Assembly: GCA_964505305.1 (NCBI GenBank)
Contig: CAZDHE010000001.1
Span: 95,967-159,966 of the forward strand
Length of the DNA stretch: 64,000 nucleotides
From: an uncultured Bdellovibrionales bacterium
GTDB taxonomy: Bacteria; Patescibacteriota; Minisyncoccia; Moranbacterales; DUUL01
Direction of reading: 5' to 3'
The notes below the pieces were generated by a model. The model had not been told where the DNA came from. It saw only the letters and a program-made list of their open reading frames with translations, and made no database searches. Shown piece by piece: positions 56,751-64,000 of the stretch; the first letter of the stretch is position 1; every line of letters starts with the position of its first letter. The position numbers and the translations under genes were made by a program.

Positions 56751-58316
56751 ATGGAAAAAACTTTGCAAAAATTAAGAGACTGGAGAGATAAAGAGGCCGC
56801 GAGAATAGGCAGGCCTCCGTATTATGTTTTATCCAATGGCGATCTTTATCAGGTAGTTCAAAATAATCCACTGAAAAAAGAGGATTTAAAGGATCTTCCG
56901 GGCTGGGGAGATCGTAAAATTGCCAAATACGGAGACAAGGTTTTAAAAATAATGCAAAAACAAGAAAAGGGCTATCAAAAGAGCAAAGCCGTAAATTCTG
57001 AAAAAAATTTTATTGAAACAAATAACTCCGGGGAGGTGCTTGATAAAAACGAAAAAAATAACGTCATATCGGTTTCTGAATACGTTAATTTGATTAATTT
57101 CACGGTTAGTCAATTCGGAGTTATAAAAGTCAAAGGAGAAATTAGTGATTTAAGCGGAGCTCAGCGGGGTTTAGCCTTCTTTGATTTGAAAGACACGCAA
57201 AAAGACAATTGTGTAATGCAATGCGTAGTCTTCAGAAGAAACTTTGAGTATTTGAAACATATGCTGGAAGAAGGAATGGAAGTTGTTGTTTATGGTAAAC
57301 CGTCTATGTATGAACCAAATGGCAGTTTTCGTTTCGTGGTTGACAAGATGGAGCCTGTGGGCGAAGGCGCTTACAGAAAGGCTATGGAAAAACTAAAGAA
57401 AAAACTTCAAGAAAAGGGATATTTTTCTTTGGAAAGAAAAAGATTTGTGCCTGATGAAATTCGCAACATCGGCTTGATAACCTCCAAAAACGGAGCCGCT
57501 ATTGATGATTTCCGAAAGAACTTAGAAGAATTTGGATTTCAGGTTTTTTTAAAGAATGTTTTCGTGGAAGGCGCTTCGGCGGAGGCTTCTGTTATAAATG
57601 CCATTAAATTTTTTAATCGATTGAATTTCGAGTTGGATGTCTTGGTTTTAATTAGAGGAGGAGGGAGCTGGGAGAGCCTCAGGGCTTTTAACGAAGAGAA
57701 AGTGGTAGAAGCGGTGGCCGAATCCAGATTGCCGGTAATTACGGGAGTTGGGCATCAAAAAGATGAGACGCTTGCCGGAATGGCTTCTGATGTTGATTGC
57801 TCCACTCCTTCTATGGTGGCCTCTTTTTTGAGTGAAAAAAGAAGAAATGTTTTGGACAAAGCGTTGGAATTGAAGAAAAACTTGCTGGAAAGACAAGAAA
57901 ATTTACTGGAAAATAAATATGACGATTTGTTGAAAATTAACAGAGAATTAACTACTAAAATAGAAAATATTTTTTATAGAATGGATATTTTAAAAAATAA
58001 TTTCAAGGAGAAGCTTTCCGCGAAATTAGCGGAGGAGGAAAAGCAATCGGAAAAACTGAAAAGTTTTGCCAAGAATCTTTCTGATTTATTAGAAAATCAA
58101 ATAGAAAGAAAAGAAATTTTTTTGAATAATTTTTCAAAATCTCTTCAGTTTCTAAATCCCAAAAAAATTTTATCCAGGGGTTATAGCATTGTTTATGATG
58201 AAGGAGGGAGAATAATCAAAGAAACCCAAGACGCTATTAAAGAGCAAAAGATTAAAATTGAGGTTTCAGACGGCTTTTTTGATTCTTTGGTGAAAAAGAT
58301 TTACAGAAAAAAGTAG
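56751..58316 (+). CDS. xseA: Exodeoxyribonuclease VII large subunit with N-terminal HRDC domain
   Basis: Residues 1-70 match the HRDC consensus (LQKLRDWRDKEAARIGRPPYYVLSNGDLYQVVQNNPLKKEDLKDLPGWGDRKIAKYGDKVLKIM). After that the OB fold is SVSEYVNLINFTVSQFGVIKVKGEISDL. The catalytic core is IGLITSKNGAAIDDF and VLIRGGGS. A C-terminal coiled coil is present. Confidence 0.85.
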   Translation: MEKTLQKLRDWRDKEAARIGRPPYYVLSNGDLYQVVQNNPLKKEDLKDLPGWGDRKIAKYGDKVLKIMQKQEKGYQKSKAVNSEKNFIETNNSGEVLDKNEKNNVISVSEYVNLINFTVSQFGVIKVKGEISDLSGAQRGLAFFDLKDTQKDNCVMQCVVFRRNFEYLKHMLEEGMEVVVYGKPSMYEPNGSFRFVVDKMEPVGEGAYRKAMEKLKKKLQEKGYFSLERKRFVPDEIRNIGLITSKNGAAIDDFRKNLEEFGFQVFLKNVFVEGASAEASVINAIKFFNRLNFELDVLVLIRGGGSWESLRAFNEEKVVEAVAESRLPVITGVGHQKDETLAGMASDVDCSTPSMVASFLSEKRRNVLDKALELKKNLLERQENLLENKYDDLLKINRELTTKIENIFYRMDILKNNFKEKLSAKLAEEEKQSEKLKSFAKNLSDLLENQIERKEIFLNNFSKSLQFLNPKKILSRGYSIVYDEGGRIIKETQDAIKEQKIKIEVSDGFFDSLVKKIYRKK

Positions 58317-58534
58317 GATGTTTGTTTAATTGTTTAATGTTGCTTTGGGAAAGCCAATTTTAAGGCAATTGGACATATTTTAAATATTTGTTATACTAAA
58401 TGCAGCTGTTTCTGGTGGCGCCGTTTTGTTTGTTTATGTTTTTAAAATTGACTTTACGTCTGTCCGCTATTGTTTTTTGGCAAAAATAATTTTTTCGGAA
58501 AAAAATAAGATTTCATAATTTAAATTTAAAACAG

Positions 58535-59305
58535 ATGGCTAGAATAATTTCTTTGGTTAATCAAAAAGGCGGAGTGGGAAAGACTACTACGGCGGTGAAT
58601 ATGGCAACTTACTTGGCTTCTTCGGGAAAGTCCACCTTGTTGGTTGATTTGGATCCCCAGGGAAACGCCTCCAGCGGATTGGGATTGGATGTGAGGGGAC
58701 TCAAAAAGAGCCTTTATCACAGTCTTGTGTTAAAAGTTCATCCTCGCGAGGTGGTGGTTAAAAGCAAGTCTATTGATTTAAGCCTTTTTCCTTCCAATCA
58801 AGACTTATCGGGAGCAGCCGTGGAATTATCCGAAATAGAAGACAGAGAATTTCAATTGAGGCAGCTGCTGGAAGAGGTTAAAGAGGATTATGATTATATC
58901 ATAATTGATTCTCCTCCCAGTTTGGGACTTTTGACCATTAACGGACTGGTAGCTTCCAATGAGGTGATTGTGCCGGTGCAGACTGAATATTTTGCCTTGG
59001 AGGGCCTTGGTCAGCTTCTTGAAACAATCGATTTGGTTAGGGACAACTTACATCCGGGGCTTGAAATTAACGGAATTTTATTAACTATGTTTGATAAAAG
59101 AAACAAGCTTGCTCGGCAAGTAGTGAAAGAGGTGAAAAATTATTTTTCCGGAAATGTTTTTGATGCCGTTATTCCCAGAACTGTCCGTTTAGCGGAAGCG
59201 CCCAGCTTTGGCAAGTCTATTCTGGACTTTGACCGTTTTTCCAAGGGAGGACGGGCGTATAAACAATTTGCAAAAGAAGTGGTGGCACAAGAGAAAAAAG
59301 AGTGA
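58535..59305 (+). CDS. parA: Chromosome-partitioning ATPase ParA/Soj
   Basis: The deviant Walker A is NQKGGVGKTTTAVN. The Walker B is IIIDSPPS. Confidence 0.9.
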   Translation: MARIISLVNQKGGVGKTTTAVNMATYLASSGKSTLLVDLDPQGNASSGLGLDVRGLKKSLYHSLVLKVHPREVVVKSKSIDLSLFPSNQDLSGAAVELSEIEDREFQLRQLLEEVKEDYDYIIIDSPPSLGLLTINGLVASNEVIVPVQTEYFALEGLGQLLETIDLVRDNLHPGLEINGILLTMFDKRNKLARQVVKEVKNYFSGNVFDAVIPRTVRLAEAPSFGKSILDFDRFSKGGRAYKQFAKEVVAQEKKE

Positions 59306-59382
59306 TATAATAAATAAAAGCGATTTGGATAGTCAAAAAACCAATCTTGAATTTAATTTATTTAATAAATAAAGAAAAACAA

Positions 59383-60354
59383 ATGCCAAGAGAAGGCGGA
59401 TTAGGCAAGGGGCTTTCTTCTTTAATTCCTCAAAAAAATTCGGCCGATGAAAATGAATATCAATATTCCGGATTTAGACAAAAAAGCAACTCAGCTATTC
59501 AAGATGAAGCTCAAAATAAAGAAGAAAACAAAAAAGTTTCCAACGCCAAGGAAGCAGAGCCTGGCAAACAAGGAGTAATTGAAGTGGAAGTGGAGAGGAT
59601 TTCCCCAAATCCCTATCAACCTCGTGTTGATTTTGATGCGGGAAAATTGCAAGAGTTAGCTGAATCAATTGGGAAGCATGGAATTTTGCAACCTTTAGTG
59701 GTGACTGTGAAGCAAGATGGAAATTATGAATTAGTTGCTGGAGAGCGAAGACTGCAAGCTTCTAAAAAAGCGGGTATCAAAAAGGTTCCCGTGATAATTA
59801 GGGATCTTGATAAAAAAGGCAAGATGGAGATTGCTTTGATTGAAAATATTCAAAGAGAAAATTTAAATGTAATAGAAGAGGCTAAAGCTTATCAAAAATT
59901 AAAAAATGAATTTGGATATACTCAGGAAGAGGTTTCTAAGCAAGTAGGGAAAAGTCGTTCAGTGATAGCTAATTACTTGAGATTGTTGAACTTGCCTCTT
60001 GAGATAAGAGATGCTTTGGTTGAAGGTAAGATTACTGAGGGGCATGCCAGGTCTCTACTGGGCATTGAAAATCCGGAGAGGCAAAGAGCCGTTTTTCGGA
60101 AAATTATATCCAAAAACTTAACCGTGAGAGATGTTGAGAAAATAGCCGGGGAAGGTGAAATAGAGATATCTTCTTATAAAAGAAGCGCCGGCAATGTTGA
60201 CCCGGAAGTCAGAAAAATGGAAAACGAAATAGAGGAATCTCTTGGAACCAAAGCAAAAATCAAAAAGAAGAAAAATGGAAAAGGAGACTTTTTAATAACT
60301 TTTTATTCAGAAGAAGAATTTAAAAATTTATTTAATAAGCTAACTTCCGTTTAA
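59383..60354 (+). CDS. parB: Chromosome-partitioning protein ParB/Spo0J
   Basis: The ParB box is GILQPLVV...YELVAGERRLQASKKAGIKKVPVIIRD. The HTH is GYTQEEVSKQVGKSRSVIANYLRLL. The ATG at 59383 (MPREGGLGKGL) was chosen over the track's upstream TTG. Confidence 0.9.
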   Translation: MPREGGLGKGLSSLIPQKNSADENEYQYSGFRQKSNSAIQDEAQNKEENKKVSNAKEAEPGKQGVIEVEVERISPNPYQPRVDFDAGKLQELAESIGKHGILQPLVVTVKQDGNYELVAGERRLQASKKAGIKKVPVIIRDLDKKGKMEIALIENIQRENLNVIEEAKAYQKLKNEFGYTQEEVSKQVGKSRSVIANYLRLLNLPLEIRDALVEGKITEGHARSLLGIENPERQRAVFRKIISKNLTVRDVEKIAGEGEIEISSYKRSAGNVDPEVRKMENEIEESLGTKAKIKKKKNGKGDFLITFYSEEEFKNLFNKLTSV

Positions 60355-60355
60355 A

Positions 60356-60784
60356 ATGATTCAATTTGAAGAGCCGGAAGATAAATATGATTTCGATCCG
60401 GTAAAACAAAAAGAAATCAAAACCAAAATAAGAGTTTTTTCTCTTTTTATCATTTTTCTTATGCTGATCGTTTTTGCTATTAAAAATGATTTTAGCTTTG
60501 AAGTCGGAATTAATAAGGATATTGGCTTTGCTTGCTCCGGCGACAATACTTTAAAAAAAGGTGATGATGATGAATTAAAAGCAATAAAAGCAGAGAAGGC
60601 ACTAAAAGATAACGAGGAGTCACTGTCTAAAATAAAAGGGTTTGAAGAGGTTGTTATTGATTCGGAAAAAACTTACAATGGCGGTAACCGGCCTATTTTT
60701 AAGATCATTTTTAATAATGAATATCCGGAACATTCAAATATCCCGGATGACTTGTGCGGGTTTTCTTTGGAATTCAAATATTAA
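60356..60784 (+). CDS. Small membrane-anchored hypothetical protein
   Basis: One TM helix (IRVFSLFIIFLMLIVFAI) and an acidic soluble domain. No recognisable motifs. Confidence 0.4.
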   Translation: MIQFEEPEDKYDFDPVKQKEIKTKIRVFSLFIIFLMLIVFAIKNDFSFEVGINKDIGFACSGDNTLKKGDDDELKAIKAEKALKDNEESLSKIKGFEEVVIDSEKTYNGGNRPIFKIIFNNEYPEHSNIPDDLCGFSLEFKY

Positions 60785-60804
60785 TACGAACAAAGCCTAT
60801 TAAA

Positions 60805-60845
60805 AAGCTTTGCAGTTACCGCAAAGGTCGTCATTATTTTTTTAT
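60805..60845. terminator. Bidirectional terminator between convergent genes (hypothetical gene on + and uvrB on -)
   Basis: The hairpin ctttgc-agttacc-gcaaag is followed by a T-rich run tcattattttttttatttcc. Confidence 0.45.
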
Positions 60846-60891
60846 TTCCATTTTTATGGTTTTGTATTGATTTAATCAAGACGATTTTTTC

Positions 60892-62901
60892 TTATTTTTG
60901 GAAATTTTTTTCCAGTATTTTAATTTCATCCCTTAAAATAGCGGCTGTTTCAAAATCCATAATTTTTACCGCCTCTTTCATTTTAAGCTTTTTTTCCTTT
61001 ATTAATTGCTTTTGTTCTTTGCTTTGCAGTTCTATTTCTAAATTATTTGCCGCCGTTTTCTCTCTTTCAGATCGAATTTGATCGGTGATGTCGTTAATTT
61101 TCTTAGAAATGGTTTGCGGAGTAATGTTATGTTTTTTATTATATTCCAATTGAATTTTCCTTCTTCTCTTTGTTTCCGCTACGGCTCTTTCAAGGGATCC
61201 GGTTATTTTATCCGCATACAAAATTACCCTACCTTCTACATTTCTGGCGGCTCTTCCCATTGTTTGAATCAGAGACGTTTCTGAGCGCAGAAAACCCTCT
61301 TTATCAGCATCGAAAATTCCTATAAAAGAAACCTCTGGCATATCCAATCCTTCTCTTAGTAAGTTAACTCCCACTAAACAATCAAATTCTCCTTTTCTAA
61401 ATTGGGTAAGAATGTTGATTCTTTCAATAGTTTTTATTTCGCTGTGAAGGTATTTAGAATTCAAGCCCCTTTCTTTAAGGAAATCAGTTAAATCCTCGGC
61501 CATTTTTTTGGTTAAAGTGGTTGCTAAAACCCTGCCGCCTTTTTGAATAACTTTTTCCGCTTCTTGAATGAAGTGCTTTACTTGTCCGGGGTAGGAGCCC
61601 TTTTCCACCACTGGCTTGATTTCAGTTTTAGGATCCACTAAACCGGTGGGGCGAATAATTTGCTCTACCACCTGGGTGCTTGATTTTAACTCAAATTTGC
61701 CCGGCGTGGCAGAAGTGAAAATAGCCTTATTAATTCTTTCTTGAAACTCTTCAAATTTAAGCGGGCGATTATCCACTGCCGAAGGAAGACGAAAACCGTG
61801 CTCTATCAAAGTTTTTTTTCTGGCTCTGTCTCCGGCGTACATTCCAGCTATTTGAGGTATCGTTACGTGGGATTCATCTATAATAGTCAGAAAATCGGGA
61901 TCCCCATTTGATTTATGGGGAAAATAGGAAAGTAGGGAGTGAGGAGCCTCCCCCGGTTTTCTTTTATCAAAATGCCGGGAATAATTTTCTATTCCATTAC
62001 AATAACCGAATTCTCTAATCATTGCTATATCCTGTCGAGTGCGGCGTTTAAGCCTTTCCGCTTCCAATAATTTTCCCGCTTTTTCGAATTTTTGCAGTTG
62101 CTTATATAGCTCCAATTCAATTTGCTTGAGAGCTCTATCTTTTTCTTTTTCCGGAGTTACAAAATGCTTAGCCGGGAACAGGAAGAACACCTGAGGTTTT
62201 TCTATGATAGAGCGTGAAAGCGCATCTATTTTTTCTATTTTTTCTATTTTTTCTCCGGTAATAAAAACTCTAAAGATAATCTTTTCATTTATCGGCATTA
62301 TTTCCACTGTATTACCCACGACTCTAAATTTCCCGGGCTCTAAATCGGCGCCGGTTCTTTCAAAATAAATATCTATCAATTTTCTAATAATCTCAAAACG
62401 ATTCTCTTTTTGTCCCGATTCAATTCTTAGATGAACCTTTTCATATTCTTGAGGACTGCCTAAACTGTAAATGCAAGACACTGAGGCTACGATTATTACG
62501 TCTTGACGAGTTAGGAGCGCTTGGGTGGCCGCGTGGCGTAATCGATCTATTTCTTCGTTAATCTGAGCCTCTTTTTCGATGTAGGTGTCTGTTACGGGAA
62601 TATAGGCCTCCGGTTGATAGTAGTCATAATAGGAAACAAAATAATGCACAGCATTTTCGGGGAAAAAGGTTTTATATTCTTGAGCCAGCTGAGCCGCCAA
62701 AGTTTTATTGTGAGCGATAACCAAGACCGGTTTTTGAAACTTTTCTATTACATTGGCCATAGTGAAAGTTTTCCCGCTTCCGGTAACGCCTAAAAGGGTT
62801 TGATAACGGTTTTTGTTGCTTAAACCGGCCGATAAAGACTGAATAGCTTTGGGCTGATCTCCGGCCGGTTGATATTCAGATTTTAAATTAAATTTTTTCA
62901 T
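60892..62901 (-). CDS. uvrB: Excinuclease ABC subunit B
   Basis: Helicase motifs LLGVTGSGKT and DESH are present. The beta-hairpin region and the C-terminal UVR coiled-coil domain are also present. The length is 669 aa. Confidence 0.95.
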   Translation of the reverse strand: MKKFNLKSEYQPAGDQPKAIQSLSAGLSNKNRYQTLLGVTGSGKTFTMANVIEKFQKPVLVIAHNKTLAAQLAQEYKTFFPENAVHYFVSYYDYYQPEAYIPVTDTYIEKEAQINEEIDRLRHAATQALLTRQDVIIVASVSCIYSLGSPQEYEKVHLRIESGQKENRFEIIRKLIDIYFERTGADLEPGKFRVVGNTVEIMPINEKIIFRVFITGEKIEKIEKIDALSRSIIEKPQVFFLFPAKHFVTPEKEKDRALKQIELELYKQLQKFEKAGKLLEAERLKRRTRQDIAMIREFGYCNGIENYSRHFDKRKPGEAPHSLLSYFPHKSNGDPDFLTIIDESHVTIPQIAGMYAGDRARKKTLIEHGFRLPSAVDNRPLKFEEFQERINKAIFTSATPGKFELKSSTQVVEQIIRPTGLVDPKTEIKPVVEKGSYPGQVKHFIQEAEKVIQKGGRVLATTLTKKMAEDLTDFLKERGLNSKYLHSEIKTIERINILTQFRKGEFDCLVGVNLLREGLDMPEVSFIGIFDADKEGFLRSETSLIQTMGRAARNVEGRVILYADKITGSLERAVAETKRRRKIQLEYNKKHNITPQTISKKINDITDQIRSEREKTAANNLEIELQSKEQKQLIKEKKLKMKEAVKIMDFETAAILRDEIKILEKNFQK

Positions 62902-63330
62902 ACCACTTACAGTTTTTGTGACTCTTAGAAATTTTTTCTTGAAATAAAGTTGTCTTAAAGGTTTTTCTTAATACATACAAAAAATTAAAAACTGACAACT
63001 TTTGATAATAATTAACCACACAAATTATTTAAAAGCAAACAATATTGATTCAAAAGATTAGCGAATTTTTAAAAAACGAAGATTTGAACTAATAAAATTA
63101 TATCCGGAGCAGCGTGAACTTTTTATTAAAAGTATTGAGTTTTTAAGCTAAGAAAGTTATAATACAAAAGCTTTGATTAAGAAAAGAAAACTTTTTAACT
63201 CAGAGATTGACGAGAATCAAAAAAACTGTTTGTTAAAAAGGGAAATAAGCGTTGTTAGTGTTGTTTTTAGGGAAGAGTTTTCTTTGCTATAAAAGGAAGG
63301 AAGAAGCGTTTATGAAATAAATAAACTATT

Positions 63331-63957
63331 ATGAGCGCAAATAATTTTTGCCCGGCTCAAGACAGTTGTCAAGATAAATCTGATGAGGAAGTGGTGGAAC
63401 TTGTTAAGAAAAATAAGGAGTGTTATGTATGCTTGATGAATAGATATGAGGCCAAAATTAAAAGGTATATTAGAAGAATTAGCGGAGTGAATGAGGAAAC
63501 CTGCGAGGATATTTTGCAGGATATTTTTATGAAAGTGTATATTAATTTAAACAACTTTAAGCCGGAAATGAAATTTTCTTCCTGGATTTATCGTATTGCA
63601 CATAACGAGGTTATCAATCACTGGAGGAAAAACAAGAGAAATAAACCGAATAACGTTTCTATTGATTATCACGATTTATTAAAAAATATTATTAAGTATG
63701 AGTATAACACGGAAGAAGGAGTTTATCAAAAGATGATAAATAGCGATTTAAGAGGCGCTTTGGAAAGGCTTGATGAAAAGTATAAAAGCGTCTTGGTTTT
63801 AAATTATTTGGAAGGTAAAAGTTATCAGGAAATTGCCGATATATTAAAAAAGCCTATTGGAACGGTGGGAACTTTAATTAGCAGGGCCAAAAAGAAAGTC
63901 TTTCAAGAATTAAAAAAAGAAGGAGTAATTGGCGGAGAGGGTGCTTTAAGAAATTAG
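63331..63957 (+). CDS. ECF-type sigma-70 family RNA polymerase sigma factor
   Basis: Region 2 is DILQDIFMKVYINL...WIYRIAHNEVINHWRK. The region-4 HTH is LNYLEGKSYQEIADILKKPIGTVGTLISRAKKK. Confidence 0.8.
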   Translation: MSANNFCPAQDSCQDKSDEEVVELVKKNKECYVCLMNRYEAKIKRYIRRISGVNEETCEDILQDIFMKVYINLNNFKPEMKFSSWIYRIAHNEVINHWRKNKRNKPNNVSIDYHDLLKNIIKYEYNTEEGVYQKMINSDLRGALERLDEKYKSVLVLNYLEGKSYQEIADILKKPIGTVGTLISRAKKKVFQELKKEGVIGGEGALRN

Positions 63958-64000
63958 AATAACGGACTTTGCTTATTTTTCAGAAAGCATAATAATTTTT

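Noticed and set aside
62902-63330. Replication origin near parAB (AT-rich 430-bp spacer with a DnaA-box-like TTAACCACA)
   Set aside because: There is only a single 8-of-9 match to TTATCCACA. There is no cluster of boxes and no dnaA or dnaN nearby. The spacer is more simply the divergent promoter region of uvrB and the sigma-factor gene.

Overview
The window is a low-GC (about one-third GC), gene-dense fragment with short intergenic spacers, the standard genetic code and compact housekeeping genes. This is the profile of a small-genome, fermentative, CPR/Parcubacteria-like bacterium; the organism assignment is inference from composition and gene content only.

Content in order:
1. Positions 1-11816 carry a minus-strand cell-envelope glycan cluster: a partial AI-2E transporter, a Wzx-like flippase, a thymidylate-kinase-like P-loop protein, an RtcB RNA ligase, GT4, GT2 and GT-C-like glycosyltransferases, and a UDP-sugar dehydrogenase.
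2. Next is an 832-aa membrane protein with a degenerate PP2C-like N-terminal domain.
3. A DNA-repair and nucleotide-sanitation set follows: UDG family 4, a MazG-like protein, nfo and uvrA.
4. The housekeeping stretch holds a Pol-beta-type nucleotidyltransferase, tRNA-Glu(CTC), a polyprenyl synthase, uppS, trxA and trxB, rplI, pyrG, rpmA, pyrH, an SDR oxidoreductase, yebC and ruvC.
5. After that come a histidine kinase with a response regulator, secF, an M16 peptidase, a PerM-family transporter, thpR, a TagA/WecG glycosyltransferase and a membrane protein.
6. The accessory segment at 39.8-46.0 kb contains a receiver-like protein and a start-less coding-like frame with an in-frame TAG. It also has two tandem paralogous Cys-rich membrane proteins, each behind an almost identical 139-bp promoter/leader repeat. 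It ends in a GC-shifted pair: a membrane-tethered winged-helix protein and a DUF2779-type dual nuclease.
7. The remainder encodes rmlD, a hypothetical protein, a NIF3-like protein, a GT4 glycosyltransferase, pgk, a PfkB kinase, ADP-forming acetyl-CoA synthetase, a REC/Zn-ribbon response regulator, recJ, an xseA with an N-terminal HRDC extension, parA and parB, a small membrane protein, uvrB on the minus strand, and an ECF-type sigma factor.

No rRNA, CRISPR array, transposase or integrase was seen. The features most worth follow-up are the duplicated-promoter Cys-rich surface-protein pair with its adjacent GC-rich wHTH-nuclease islet, the PP2C-like pseudophosphatase receptor-like protein, and the HRDC-XseA fusion preceded by a perfect 16-bp palindrome.
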